DNA of 43,436 bases from Octopus sinensis (taxonomy: Eukaryota): positions 1 to 43,436 of the forward strand of contig NW_021835122.1 of NCBI RefSeq assembly GCF_006345805.1, read 5' to 3'. Every line of letters begins with the position of its first letter. Position 1 is the first letter of the stretch. Under the pieces are notes generated by a model. That model searched no databases and was not told the origin of the DNA. It was given only the letters and a program-made list of their open reading frames with translations. This document shows, piece after piece, positions 1 through 12,769 of the stretch. The position numbers and the translations under genes were made by a program.

Positions 1-352
1 TATATATGTGAAGCAGTATGTATGTATAGATATGATATGCGTTTATATTTACAAATATATTTATGGAAATAAATAGATAGATTGATAGAGAGATAGATAA
101 ATGTGTGTATGTGTATATGTATATAGCTACACATATTCATATATGTGTATATATTTATATATATATATATGTGTATTTGTGTATATATATATTGCTGAAG
201 CCTGGCCACAGCCTATGGTTTGAAACGCATGAATGAAACGCATGAATGAGCAAGAATAAAAGAATATATATACATATATGCGTATACGTACTCAGGCGTA
301 CACATTCTTACCTATACACTCACGTGCACAGTTTCATAGCAAAAAAGAAAAG

Positions 353-812
353 AGCAATCCCTCGACAATCGCGGGTGTTACGTTCCAAACCCCTACCCCC
401 GCGATAGGTGAAAATCCGCGAAGTAGAAACAGTACTGTATTGTATATTTTTCTTTATTATTTTTATTTTATCATAAATGCAAAAGAACACCACAGAGGAA
501 TCGACGTAAGATTAAATAATAAACCACGAAAGGTGAGCCACGATAGGTGAACCGCAATAGGTGAACCGCGATAGGTGAAACGTTATAGGTGAACCGCGAT
601 AGGTGAACCGCTATAGGTGAAGGGCGATAGGTGAACTGCTATAGATGAAACGTTATAGGTGAACGGCGATAGGTGAACCGCTATAGGTGAACCGCGATAG
701 GTGAAGCGCTATAGGTGAAACGCGATAGGTGAACCGTTATAGGTGAAACGCTATAGGTGAACCGCGATAGGTGAACCGCGATAGGTGAACCGCGATATGG
801 CGAGGGGTTACT
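353..812. mobile_element. pogo/Tigger-like non-autonomous DNA transposon (MITE)
   Basis: Imperfect ~23-bp TIRs: AGCAATCCCTCGACAATCGCGG from 353 versus the reverse complement of the right end, AGTAACCCCTCGCCATATCGCGG. The right end runs into ATATAT. No transposase ORF. Confidence 0.7.
525..796 (+). repeat. 14-bp minisatellite (CCGCG-ATAGGTGAA), about 19 copies, inside the MITE
   Basis: ATAGGTGAA recurs every 14 bp with a variable 5-nt linker. One isolated copy (CCGCGATAGGTGAA) lies at ~399-412 near the left end. Confidence 0.95.
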
Positions 813-1006
813 ATATATGTATCTACAAACCGTCTGGAGCTCCTCCGAATATTGTTCACGTGAAGTGTGAACGTTGATGCTTTATAAATTCTGACCCAAA
901 TTAAAGTTTATCTTCAGATTCGAGCAAAGAAATATCTTCCTGGACCGAATAGATTATTTTTCTTTTTCTTACACTGAAGCCTATACACACGTACACACAT
1001 TTATAT

Positions 1007-1040
<34 letters not shown>

Positions 1041-1047
1041 ATATAGA

Positions 1048-1085
<38 letters not shown>

Positions 1086-1143
1086 GAGAGATACAGAGAT
1101 ACAGAGATACAGAGATAGAGATAGATGGATAATATTATATATT

Positions 1144-1184
<41 letters not shown>

Positions 1185-1559
1185 ATAGGTATACATAGAT
1201 ATGTGTCTGCGTGTGTCTGTGCATAGAACCATAATTGAAACGGTTTAGTCAATTAATATAAACTTAAATTATTCGATTTTCCAAAAGGTGATCACATTCA
1301 CCAGCATGAATCGATCCCCGTCTCTTTGGTGCGCCAAATCGCAGTACAACCGGCAATACCAAATTTTCAGCCCCGATTAGGGAACACTTATTCCAATATG
1401 CTACGGAGGAAATACTGTTTCCGTCTGTATCTTATGCGATGGAATGCATTTCGGCTTGTGGCATTCATTTTGTTCTTTCAATTCCATAAAAAGACACAAC
1501 CTGAAAGTCTTTTACTCAAGAATGGAACTTTACAAACCAACCAGGGTAACTTTAGTTAA

Positions 1560-1760
1560 CCAATAGGCTTGTTAAAAATAGCAGCCTAATCTCCAAACTA
1601 TCACCACCATATTGACTTAAACACGGGCGTTTTTTATAATGTACTTCAGGACTCTATGGTCGGAAAATAGATGAGGTGGCTATGTTTGGGATGCCTTTGG
1701 TCATAAGCCTGCTCAGTCATGGCTTACGTTGAGATTAAGCAACAGCAACAAGAACAAGAA
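1560..1760 (+). repeat. old dispersed repeat (unclassified)
   Basis: Diverged similarity to opposite-strand pieces at ~7600-7690, ~15590-15745 and ~17990-18120, which share motifs like CCAGCCATGACC and GCTATTTCTAGC and have a (CAA)-like tail. Confidence 0.45.
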
Positions 1761-2017
1761 GAAGCTTAACATCAGCAACAATTATAGCAACGACAAGAAG
1801 AAGCCTTAAAGATGTTTGACATTCCGAATTAAACTATTTCATTAATTCTAAAGTAATATAAATCAAGATAAGACATAATGCTTACATGATAACATAAAGC
1901 GAACACCTTTACCCTTGGCTTATCATCTGATGAGCAATCCTTAGTATCAACAACTCCTGTTGATAAGACGACAAACCCTCCGATTTAATATTGTAAAATA
2001 TTATATAGAAAATGGAA

Positions 2018-2221
2018 GGCGTGGGGAGCTGGCAGAAACGTTGGCATGCTGGGCGAAATGCTTAGAAGTATTTTGTCTGTCTTTACGTTCTAAGGTCGAC
2101 TTTGCCCTTTCAACCTTTTGGGGTCGATAAATTAAGTACCAGTTGTGTACTGGAGTCAATCTAACCGACTGGCCTCCATTCCCCAAAATTTCGAGCCTTG
2201 TTCCTAGAGTAGAAAAGAATA
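2018..2221 (+). mobile_element. SINE family A (tRNA-derived, with GCCTTTCATCCTTTCGGGGTCGATAAA central domain)
   Basis: Head GAGCTGGCAGAAACGTTGGCA, central GGTCGACTTTGCC...GGGGTCGATAAATTAAGTACCAG, 3' GCCTTGTTCCTAGAGTAGAAAAG. Homologous to seven other pieces in the window. Confidence 0.85.
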
Positions 2222-2774
2222 TTACCAGAAAATATGGCATCGAGATGAGACGGTGTTGAAAGTGGTGTGCGTCGAACAAAAACATTGCTTACAGTGGATT
2301 TGAACTTACGGTTGATGACATAAAAATTAGATTTCTTAGACATACATTCCTAAACACACACGCACACACACACACGCACACACACACACGCACACACACA
2401 CGCACACACACACATGCACATACACACACACACAGGTATTCACGTACACACACATACATGTATTCACGTGCATACAAACCTATATACATGTATATACACA
2501 TATATACACACAAACCTCTATACACGTTTATGCATGTATATGCATAAAATGCATGGAGATGTATATCAACAGCCGATATCAATAACTGGTTGCATTTCAA
2601 TGGTTAAATGGTTAATTATTGCCAAGTGGATTGTATGACAGATGGGTGAAACCATACTCAGATCTCTATCGGGAGACACGCGGACACAAACGTTAATATC
2701 AATATCTCCGTCATAATGATAGCGTCGGAGAAGGAGGAGGGGAGGACACTTCATCAGTAATTGATAGCTTCCAC

Positions 2775-2831
<57 letters not shown>

Positions 2832-3680
2832 TAATAATAATAATAAGGATGATGAATTCTAAATATGCGGATAATTGTTAAATTTGAGATGTTTATTGCT
2901 AACAACTACAATAACAACAACAACAATAATAATAATAATAATGATTATTATTATTATTATTATTATCATTATTATTATTTTTATTAACCACAAAGGGTTT
3001 ACATTAAGAAAAACAATATGGACACTAGAGGACGAAACAAAGAATGTGTGTGTATGTGTGTGAGTGTGTGCATGTGTGTGAGTGTGTGTGCGTGTGTATG
3101 TGAGTGTGTGTGTGTGTGTGTATGTGTGCGGGTGTGCGTAAATCCAATAAATAACACGTATAATTGCTCTCTAAATTGTTTAGACATTGGAAGGTTTAGA
3201 ATTGTTGACGTGAAGGTTTCTCTGGATAGAGGACGTTGATTCGGACCCAGCACATCAAGGTCTTTCTAACCTTCGTTGGCATTGTAGCTACGACAAGCAA
3301 CTGACGTTACTCAGCCACCCGTTATTTTGTGAATGCGGGTGGGGTTGTTGCTGAGTATTGAACTTGTTTGTCCAGAAAACAACACTGTATCGCTGTTATC
3401 AGAAATTTTTTTCCTGACAAGACGCCCCACGCCCACTCACAGCTTTCAGTATATTACGCCATCACCTAAATTCAAGCCAACACGAAATCCCACCGCGGCA
3501 CCCTCTCCTCACTTGCTACAACAAGGGTGTCACTCTTTGGCTGGAATGGTTCAGTGACTCAAGATACCACAGATCGACTGATTAAGTTCTCTTGCAGAAG
3601 TGAAAGGGGTGGGGAGTATCATGTAATGACGTTAATGGCGGAAACGTATCAATACCACCCCGAACCCGCATAGCACCGAC

Positions 3681-3726
3681 ATCATCATCATCATTATCAT
3701 CATGATAATGATTTCATCTACTACTA

Positions 3727-3767
<41 letters not shown>

Positions 3768-3819
3768 ACTACTACTACTACTGCTGCTGTTGTTGCTGCT
3801 GCTGCTGTTGCTGCTGCTG

Positions 3820-3880
<61 letters not shown>
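3681..3880. repeat. compound trinucleotide microsatellite (ATC/CTA/CTG/TAA)
   Basis: Consecutive pure triplet tracts, directly visible. Confidence 0.95.
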
Positions 3881-3882
<2 letters not shown>

Positions 3883-4437
3883 GCCCTGATGCAGTACTAG
3901 GCAGTGGCTCTCATGGCTTCTGATCTTAACTGATTGGAAGTGTTATCATGTACATTGTTTTGTCTTGGTATAAAAGATGGGCTACAGCAAATATTCTGCT
4001 CAATACCACAGATTTGCTTGTCAGTTGTTTGACCTTAACCAGTTGAGCATGTCCCTTAGTGGCTGACGATATGTGCATCTCTGATCACGAGCAGAAGTAG
4101 TGGGGGAGCATCATGGTCATGTGTTGGGGGGGGATTCTTTGGGGTTTGAATAATTCACTTCTGGAAACATGGGTGGTTCTTTCAACATCCTTAAACAACC
4201 CTTATTCAGAGACCGTTTGAGCGGGATGGGCTACTCAACCTGAAGAAAATTCTAACTGGGCCCCACCTGCAAGGTCATGTGCTGTTTATCTTGATATGAG
4301 ATCACCATGTCGCGCACATATGGTTGTAATGCATGTGCCTGGTGTACCTTTATCAGACGGGTAGTCATGATGGGTATATTGGGCTTCGTATATTTTACCC
4401 CAGTGTCACTTTGATGGCATGCACTGCTCTCTCACTC
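3881..4437. mobile_element. ~557-bp non-coding interspersed element inserted in a (TAA)n tract
   Basis: Complex-sequence block with sharp borders and (TAA)n on both sides. No TIR and no credible ORF. Confidence 0.6.
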
Positions 4438-5038
4438 AATAATAATAATAATACTGCTGCTGCTACCGCTGCTGCCGCCACCGTTGCTGGTGGTAGTGGT
4501 CGTGGTGATGTCATTTTTTTACGAGCCAGATGGGTTGAAAAACAGGCTAAACCAAAGGCGAAGGAAAATGGCAGATTTTATACACACTTTTGAACGATGA
4601 TAGAATAACAATTAAAAAGAAGATTCATGATAACAAATTCCCCACTAGGGGGAGACACGGACAAGCAAGGAACTGGATGACCACTCAGACCACTAAAGAC
4701 ACCACAAATAAGCGCCCGATGATGATTATGATGGTGGTCGTGTTGGTGGTAGTGGTGATGATGATGATGACGATTTTTATCCGTGACAAGGCCAATGAGC
4801 TAAAACAGAATGCAGTGGCCAACGCACAAATGAAGACGAAGAACAAAAACTGCATCCACACAGACACACACACAGACTGCATCCATACACACAGACTGCA
4901 TCCACACACACACACACAGCTTACAACTGAGGTCAACACGTTCGTATTTCAATCTTGTTTCTGGATGTACATGACTTTTGTATGGTTTTAGAACTGTGTG
5001 ATTTTTCACCATCTGTGCAACCGGAGTCACATTCGTTT

Positions 5039-5039
<1 letters not shown>

Positions 5040-5117
<78 letters not shown>

Positions 5118-5150
5118 GTATGTCTGTCTGTCTGCCTGTTTGCCTGTCTG

Positions 5151-5205
<55 letters not shown>

Positions 5206-5255
5206 GTCTGTCTGTCTGTCTGCCTGTCTGTGTGTGTGTGTGTGTGTGTGTGTTT
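5040..5255. repeat. (TCTG)n/(TCTA)n/(TG)n compound microsatellite
   Basis: Directly visible. Confidence 0.95.
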
Positions 5256-5429
5256 GTGTAAGGGACGTTCTCTGATCGTATGTCATCTCTTAATTCTTAC
5301 AAGTGAAACAGACGTGGAGCTATTTCATCCCTCATTCCATCCCACCGTCCGATCTCAGATCTTATATAAAGTGGGTTAATTATTGCCTTAACAAAAAAGG
5401 GATGGTCCTGTGCTTTCTTTCTTTATAAA

Positions 5430-6720
5430 CCGCTTGACATGTAGTTAGAGGGATGTCCTTCACAATGGAGTCGACTGGACACTGGTTCTGTCTCAACAAG
5501 TTGGCATAATCTACAAATTGACCAGCCTTGCTTGTCTTTTTTATCTCCAGTTGACGACTCAACCGAAAAAGTAGTTTTTATCCTAAACCGATATCATACC
5601 CATTTCCGGCAGCATTGCCTGGCCAAAGATTCTTATAATTTTTTTTACAACTGATTTGGATGTCCTCTACAATAGTAATTCTCGAACTCTTAGTGAAAAA
5701 TTTCTTTTGTTGGCCATCTTTATTTGCGGGATGACAAGATGGACCCCACACCATTTAATTCTGATTTCTTCTCCAAGATGATGAAACAAATTCAAAATGT
5801 TTGATAGCATTTTAAATTTTATGAAACATGGTATTTTGTCAGCTTCCTTTACCAATGTCCATAGCTCCACTCCATGTGTACTGTACCTCCTATAAGAAGC
5901 ACAATTCATTTCCTTGTCATCAGTATATTCCAGAGGAGTCATTAACACCCTCCAATAACCCCTTCTAAAGAACACGAATGGTGATGTTTCGACAACATTA
6001 TCCAGTTAGTATAGAACATGAACAGAAGACAACAATTCCAATGTCAATCACCTGTCTTCAGTTTATTCTTCAGTAAGAATTGTTCTATGTTCAAATAAAC
6101 GAGCTGTTAGAATGCAAGACCGATAAATGATTGCTACTGTCCTCCTATTGATCAGCTATCGAGGCCCCGAGACATCGTTGACATCTCAAGACCGACGTGC
6201 AAGCAACGCAGCTTCTACGATTGATCCGAATCTGTCAAACGACGTTCGAAACTAGCAACCAGCCAGAAAATATATGAAAGTTGCCATATTGAGAACTCAA
6301 GATTCACTGACACCAGGACATTCAGCGGGGAATGATACTTTTAGAAACACGAAACGATGGGTCTTTAAATACCCAGCCCTCAATAAAATCAGGGTTGATG
6401 CTGCGAAGAAGAGGAGGGGAAAAATATTTATTTGGTGCTTCGCTTCTTGAAGTGATTGCGATCTTATCTCTGTAATGAACTCGCCACTCTTCACAAATAA
6501 CAAAATATATGTTATCTTTGCCCAGACATGTAATACCATAATCAGCAGGCTGTCAACTTTTGCTTTCTCAACAACTTCCTTTGATTTCCTTCGCCACCAA
6601 CAGAATGCCTCAATTATCGCTCGATGATCTACCAGTTACAGGTTATTCTTTGAATCAACCGTGAAGTTGAGAGGCGTGGTTAAACGAACAACGAAACGTT
6701 ATTTTATCAGCTCTTTGCTA
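5430..6720 (-). pseudogene. highly decayed non-LTR (RTE-like) reverse transcriptase remnant
   Basis: Minus-strand peptides occur in RT order: FTVDSKNNL*LVDHRAI (like FIDFxKAFDSVDH), INIFPLLFF (like xLSPLLF), HGVELWTL (like YGxExWTL), LWPGNA...KLLF (like LRWxGH...KLLF). Many stops and frameshifts. Confidence 0.45.
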
Positions 6721-6780
6721 CAAGAAATTCTGACCTTTCTTTATGGCCTATGAAAATATTTTGATATATTGCTCTATAAT

Positions 6781-6789
6781 ATAATTATA

Positions 6790-6866
<77 letters not shown>

Positions 6867-7069
6867 CGCGAAAAATCCCAGCTTTATTTTGCTGTGTATG
6901 ATGGAAATTGTCAGCTGCCCACAGCCAGCAGACTAAGGTGACACTTGTTTACAAATCATGCTTCAAAAACTATACGGAGGTCTCTTGCAGTTCTAAGCTA
7001 TTATTATTATTATTATTATATTATTATTATTATTATTATTATTATATTATTATCATCATTATATTATTA

Positions 7070-7133
<64 letters not shown>

Positions 7134-7152
7134 CATTATTATTATTATTATT
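6781..7152. repeat. (TAT)n microsatellite interrupted by a retroelement 3' end
   Basis: Directly visible. Confidence 0.95.
6867..6998 (-). mobile_element. 5'-truncated 3' end of an R4/Dong-like LINE
   Basis: Minus strand reads LRTARDLRIVFEA* (typical C-terminus of an REL-encoding ORF) followed by a short 3'UTR into (TAA)n. The UTR matches ~39730-39792 (TGTCAGCTGyCCACAGCCAGCAGAC). Confidence 0.7.
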
Positions 7153-7998
7153 TTGGCTCCCTGTCGTCTGCCATTTCAAACTTGAACTCCGTCTACTTTT
7201 TCCTTTGCCCCATGACACCGTGTTAGGTACAAAACTCTGACTCCGCATTGGTATTGGACTATGTTTGGTATGTGCAACAGTAGAGGTAGTGTGTGTGTGG
7301 TGCGGCAGCAACTGTTGGACGCCATCCAACCATGACTTGTGTGAACACAGCTAGAACATAAGGGTAGGACAAATAACGAGGGGAACGCATATGGAGCCGG
7401 CCGCGAGATTAGAAATAACTGCTAAATGCCACTCAGTATTCTAAAATCGATAGACCATTCCTGGTTGAGAACCACTGCCCCACACCGAAACACACACTAA
7501 CACACATGCACACTTACATACATACCCGTTTGTGTATACATACATATATGGAGGGTGTATATGATTATGTGCGTATGCAAAAAAGAATCCAAGGAACTTG
7601 TTAAGGTGATTTAGCCCCAGGTCAGACATCATAGAGAAGGCCTATGTTCAAAAACATTCCAGCCTTGACCATGTTGTTTTTTTTTCTTATGTGCAACGAA
7701 CTGAGGAGCACTTTATGCAAATTAATGGGACAAATGAATTTAGGGAGATATGGTTGCTAGAAATAGCAGGTAAGACATCTATGTCAATAATTGACCCGGG
7801 AAAGAAGCAAGTGTCTGAGGAGGGCAAAATGTATTTGTCGAGTGTAAAGACTTATTTACAAACACGCATACACATACACACATGCACAGATAAGGATACA
7901 TCTATATATACACACATACACATACACACAACACAGACAAGGATGCACCCATACACACATACACATACTTATATGCATATATATATATATATATATAT

Positions 7999-8176
7999 GA
8001 AGCTAATGCTGTTAGCTTAGCTTTTCCTTGGGGCTGGCCAGATTGGAGCAACCTCAAGATTAATCAGCCGATATTGCGAGGATGATCCGGTTCTTGACTG
8101 AAGATTAAATGCTTCGAATGACTCGTCCGTGTTTTTTGTATCGTCTGTTTGGATGTTTTGCGTTCTTGTCCCATTT

Positions 8177-8181
<5 letters not shown>
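7999..8181. repeat. short insert flanked by (TA)n, probable mobile-element fragment
   Basis: Complex sequence with sharp borders between two (TA)n tracts. Family not established. Confidence 0.4.
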
Positions 8182-8271
<90 letters not shown>

Positions 8272-8962
8272 GTGTGTGTGTGTGTGAGTGCATATATGTA
8301 TATATGCTTCCGTGTATTAATATGTGTGTATGAGTGTGCGTACTTATGCAAGTATGTATGTTTGTATGTACACACACATGCACAAACAGGCCCGCTTATA
8401 CACACACACACACACACACACACACGCATGCACGCACACACACACGCACGCTGGCGCGCACACACACACGAAAAGAAATGGTGGAATTGCTGAGTTTCTT
8501 AAATTCTCAGAGGCCATTGGAAAAGCAATTAGTGAGCATTGTTACTCGTTGTACGTTTGACAGCACCAAGAATAGCAGCAGCACTTGCAGTAGCAGCAGT
8601 AGCAGCAGCAGCAGCAGGGTCACCAAACTATTTCAATGGCTCTGTAATGTCAAATCTGTTGAGAAGGGCAAATAATTTGATGTCACCTTATTACAGTATA
8701 ACGGTTACAGTCTAATTCTGTTTATCCAATGAGAAAATAACAATTGATGTGTGTATATGTGTGTCTAAGTGTGTGTGCGTGCGTGTGTGTGTTTGTGTAT
8801 CTATACATAATTATGAGAAGGTTAATCAAGAGTTGATTACTTTCCCCAAGAGTAACTCAATGTGGTTGCACTTACACACAGATTACGAAAGAGAGTCAAT
8901 ATCAGCGGTTATCGAATTGTGATCTCTTTCATGTTTCTTTTCCGTCTACATTCTGTCGATAA

Positions 8963-9009
<47 letters not shown>

Positions 9010-9202
9010 ATATTATATGCTATATATCATATTATGTTATATTATGTTATATTACATTACATGATATCATATATCATACATAGGGTGACAATGTTGCAGT
9101 CTCTCAGGTCTCGCAGGATTTCCCCCTCCTCCCAAGCACTGACACAACAGTTTCAACAAATGGCTGACTAGAACTCTCCTTGCACATCTGATGATCTCTA
9201 GT

Positions 9203-9675
9203 GGGACAAAAGCGACTGCATTAATTACCAAGGCATCTTGCTATTAAGCATCGTTGGGAAGGTCTTTGCCCGCGTGGCCTTACACAGGTTACAGAAAATC
9301 GCTGAGAGAGTACCCCGCGAATTGAGATTCCGGTTTTAGTTCATAACGCCGTACCATCGACATGATCTCTCTTCGGCAGCTACAGGAAAAGTGCCGAGAG
9401 CAAAGACAATCACTCTATCACCTTCATTGACCTCACAAACGCTTCTGACCTAGTCAGTAGAGACGGCCTTTTCAAAATCTTTGCCAAGATTAGCCGTCCT
9501 CCAAAATACCTCAGGATTGTCCAATCATTTCACACGGATAAGAAAGACGTCGTTCAGTTTGATGGCTCTTCTTCGGAAGCGTTCAACATACGTAACGGCG
9601 TGAATCAGGGCTGTGTTTGGCATATTCTTTGCGGTCATGCCGAAACATGCATTTGAGACATCGACTGATGGTGTT

Positions 9676-9678
<3 letters not shown>
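9203..9678 (+). pseudogene. RTE-clade LINE reverse transcriptase fragment
   Basis: With frameshifts it translates as SDCINYQGILLLSIVGKVFARVALHRLQKIAERV...TIDMI..SLRQLQEKCREQRQSLY..FIDLTNASDLVSRDGLFKI...NGVNQGCV..GIFF. These are early RT domains typical of RTE elements. Confidence 0.9.
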
Positions 9679-9722
<44 letters not shown>

Positions 9723-10266
9723 TTACTGCTACTATATCGCAGAGTATTACTCGTCCTACGGAAGTATACTTTTATCACCCTGGGTGATATCAGGAAACAC
9801 CGCAAAACATACAATGATCAAAATTTAACTTTTATCCAATATTTCGGTGTCTATACAAAACTGATGAAATCAATATTAATTTTTAAAAGAATAATACTTA
9901 TTACCTTAAAATAAAATTTAGCTGACCCAATTTTTCATACATATAACTCCTTCAATAACTACTCTGTCTTTTTTCACTCTTCCTTCCTCCTCACCCTCGT
10001 TTTCTGTCTCTGTATGTGTGCATAGCGTTCTGTTACTCATTGACGGTCACCAAACATAGTATGTGCATTCATGCTGCACCTGTTATGATAACTCTCTCTT
10101 TTTCTGTCACTCTTTTACTCTTTTCTTCTCTCTCAATACGATGTAATGCGTGACTGGAGAAATCCATTATTCAACCAACCACCCACCCACCCAACCACCC
10201 TTTATGTAAATTATTACCATAGAGAGATTATATCCTACAAATGACGGCTACTTGGTCGCAGCTTTA

Positions 10267-10366
10267 ATGCGGTTTTTTGTATATCAGCTTCTTAAGTGCT
10301 GAGTTCAAATGATACTGAAGTTAACTCGGCATTTCATCGATCCGGGATCGATAAGTAAAGTACCAC
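10267..10366 (+). mobile_element. SINE family A, diverged fragment
   Basis: CTGAGTTCAAAT...GCATTTCATCGATCCGGGATCGATAAGTAAAGTACCA. Confidence 0.6.
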
Positions 10367-10419
10367 CCTTGAACGGTGGTCTGTCGAAGCTGTTCGAACA
10401 TTGGGTGGGATGAATTGCA

Positions 10420-10690
10420 GTATCCGCTGCAGATCTCTGCCTTATGAACTCCATTCCTTCCATCTTGAACAATGGGCACAACCTGTCACCCAGTTTAACT
10501 TGATACTTAGGTATCTTTATCGAACTATTGCATACGTTGCGTTTGGATGACCTGGTCGAGTACGGCCATGCTTTAGCATTCATAGTTGTATGTCACTTAC
10601 AATATCCAGCAAAGCACAAGTTCTTTTCCCTTATGATGGTAGAAACAGGTAGATCTCCATACAGCTGTTTCTTGGTGGGATGAGTTCTCC
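10420..10690 (-). pseudogene. RTE-like LINE C-terminal fragment
   Basis: Minus strand: HPTKKQLYGDLPVSTIIREKNLCFAGYC ... KHGRTRPGHPNATY, matching the RTE ORF C-terminal pattern. Confidence 0.7.
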
Positions 10691-10704
10691 AAGATATGCT
10701 TAAG

Positions 10705-10822
10705 ACTTAACAGTCGGATATAAGTTCCCTGAAGACTTCTCTCAACTAATGCAGGACCAAAATGGATGGCGTGTGCAGGTCAAAAGTGTCCATGCAAGCT
10801 CGACTAGACGATGGTGATGATT
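10705..10822 (+). pseudogene. RTE-like LINE extreme 3' end
   Basis: PEDFSQLMQDQNGWRVQVKSVHASSTRR followed by a short (GAT)-like tail; resembles the MxDRxxWRxxV terminus. Confidence 0.55.
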
Positions 10823-12705
10823 AAACAATTGTCTGCCGCATTCGGACCAAGTGTAAGATCTAATAATATATACTTCAGACTAGTTTGGGAAACCCTGGAA
10901 AATAATCATAAGCACTGTCCCTCCTCAAAACTGAACAATAAAAAATTCTTCAATTGTGTTCAGCTTCGATAATTTCATATTCCTGTTTAGTTTAATTTCT
11001 GCCTTATCATCTGAATGAAGTGACAACAATGGCACGCATTAACGCGTTTTATAGTGAACAGCAAAGTATTATATGAACGATACTTCCATTTATAGAAACA
11101 TCGTCGCCGGATTTGAATTTGTCTATCAGTTAATTCCTGATAGATTTGTTGGCAAATTTCGATTTGTGCGTTGCTGAGTTTTGTCTGTTGGTTTTTAGTA
11201 AAGCTTCTATAGCTAATCATTTGGTTACATTGTTTTTGTTGTCCAGTTATGTTTTTTTCTTCTCTGTTTGAAATTATAATATGTTAAAATATCTCTTTAT
11301 GGTAAATGCTCAGTCAACTGGAGAGACAGAGAGTCGTATTTGTGAAGCCGATTGGTGAGGCCGGCGTAACATAATAATAATAATGTTTAAAAAGAAACAA
11401 AACAATATGGAAAAAGACTTAGTTGATAATAATACTGGCATCGTATTTAGAATTCCACAAAAAGAAAGAAATCGAGAGAATGTTTTATTCATAGTCAAAG
11501 AAAACACACAGATCGTTGACAACACTATCAGTTACAACTTTATTCCCAGGACTCTTTGTTGCCTCTTACAAAATGTACCAAAAATTCTGCATTATCATCA
11601 CTTCATTCAGAAGACAAGACCAATAAAGTCGCAAAACGTCAATAAACTTAAGGACGTTTTTGTTTTCAACTAAATAGAAAGGACATATAAGGAAATGTGG
11701 AAAACAGTGTAAAGTATTAAACTCAAACACAGTCGTGTGTATATGTTCGTGTACCTACATAGAGACTTAGAAAAGTTGATGCCAAAATTGGTCGTGGTCA
11801 GGTCTAACTTAATAGCACCACCCGGAAAAGACATTTCATCTCAGATTACAGTCATTGTTTGGGAGCCAGAGTTCATTCGAGTAATGAGTGATTGTTTGCA
11901 GAGATAGATTCGGGTGTACGTGGTTTAATGTAATTTGTTGGAGATATTCGTTTAGGAACCGTTTGAATGCTGTGAGATATTCTTATTTTAAGAGACCAGG
12001 ACCAGTTGAGAAGAAATAATTCTGTCTTAGATGTGACGCGAGCGTGATTTTTATAGAGGACGGCTTTCAAAAGTTGATACCAACCTCATTTGGGAAATGC
12101 TGCTGGAATATTTCCGCATCTTACGAATGATACAGCATTTGTGGCGGCGTTGGGCGGATTAAAGTTTAAACTTCTTGAGACGATCCCAATAATCAAGTCC
12201 TTCCATGCTGTCACTTTTTCTCTGAGGCGCCTCAATTTTTACGTATATCTTTCTTTCAATTGTCACAAACACATGGATGGAGAGGGTGCGAAGGTTAGTT
12301 GCCTGCTCCTGCTTCTCATATAATCGTGCGTATGTGCATGTGAAAGTGTGCTGGTTGGTGCAAACTTAGCGTCGTCAACAGAGGCACAGCATTCACAGAT
12401 TTGTCTGCTTTAATATTAACTTTTCGAATTTAGTTTCTATAGAATTCAAAATAATTTCAACGTAATGATAAGTGCTAACCCTTGTCTTCCATCAACAATT
12501 GTCTCCTCTTCACAGCATCTCAGTTCACACTTATTTCTCGGTAACCGATCCCACATAATGCCTTATCATATTAAATCTAAGGTTACTTAACCGCAGCAAA
12601 TTTAAAGCACATTTAGTCTCATTCATACAAAAAATCACAGCGGGATACATGCAAAGTGAAGTGGTTATAAAGCTTACATATATACTCACACATACGCGAG
12701 CGCGC

Positions 12706-12750
<45 letters not shown>

Positions 12751-12769
12751 AATGCACGTATTTGTCGTA

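Noticed and set aside
192-262. Possible further hammerhead (CTGAAGC...GAAACGC) with a 13-bp duplication
   Set aside because: Core and helices are too degenerate to call.
525-796. CRISPR-like repeat/spacer appearance
   Set aside because: The unit is only 14 bp with related 5-nt linkers, there are no cas genes, the context is eukaryotic, and it lies inside a MITE.
1927-1933. CTGATGA hammerhead or snoRNA-like box
   Set aside because: No helix II plus GAAA follows, and there is no C/D box arrangement with a terminal stem.
3577-3626. Branch point and acceptor (CTGAT...TTCTCTTGCAG) followed by EVKGVGSIM*
   Set aside because: No partner exons or recognisable protein; cannot be supported without transcript data.
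4642-4654. CTCF-like word CCACTAGGGGGAG
   Set aside because: A single imperfect match in 43 kb, mismatched at a conserved C; not distinguishable from chance by eye.
9188-9212. CTGATGA-TCTC(TAGT)GGGA-CAAAA near-hammerhead
   Set aside because: Lacks GAAA and helices I and III, and overlaps the start of an RTE fragment; likely chance.
10420-10822. Twin-priming inversion of one RTE insertion
   Set aside because: The minus-strand piece appears to continue through the same C-terminal region as the plus-strand piece, and no TSD was found. Two separate insertions are equally likely.
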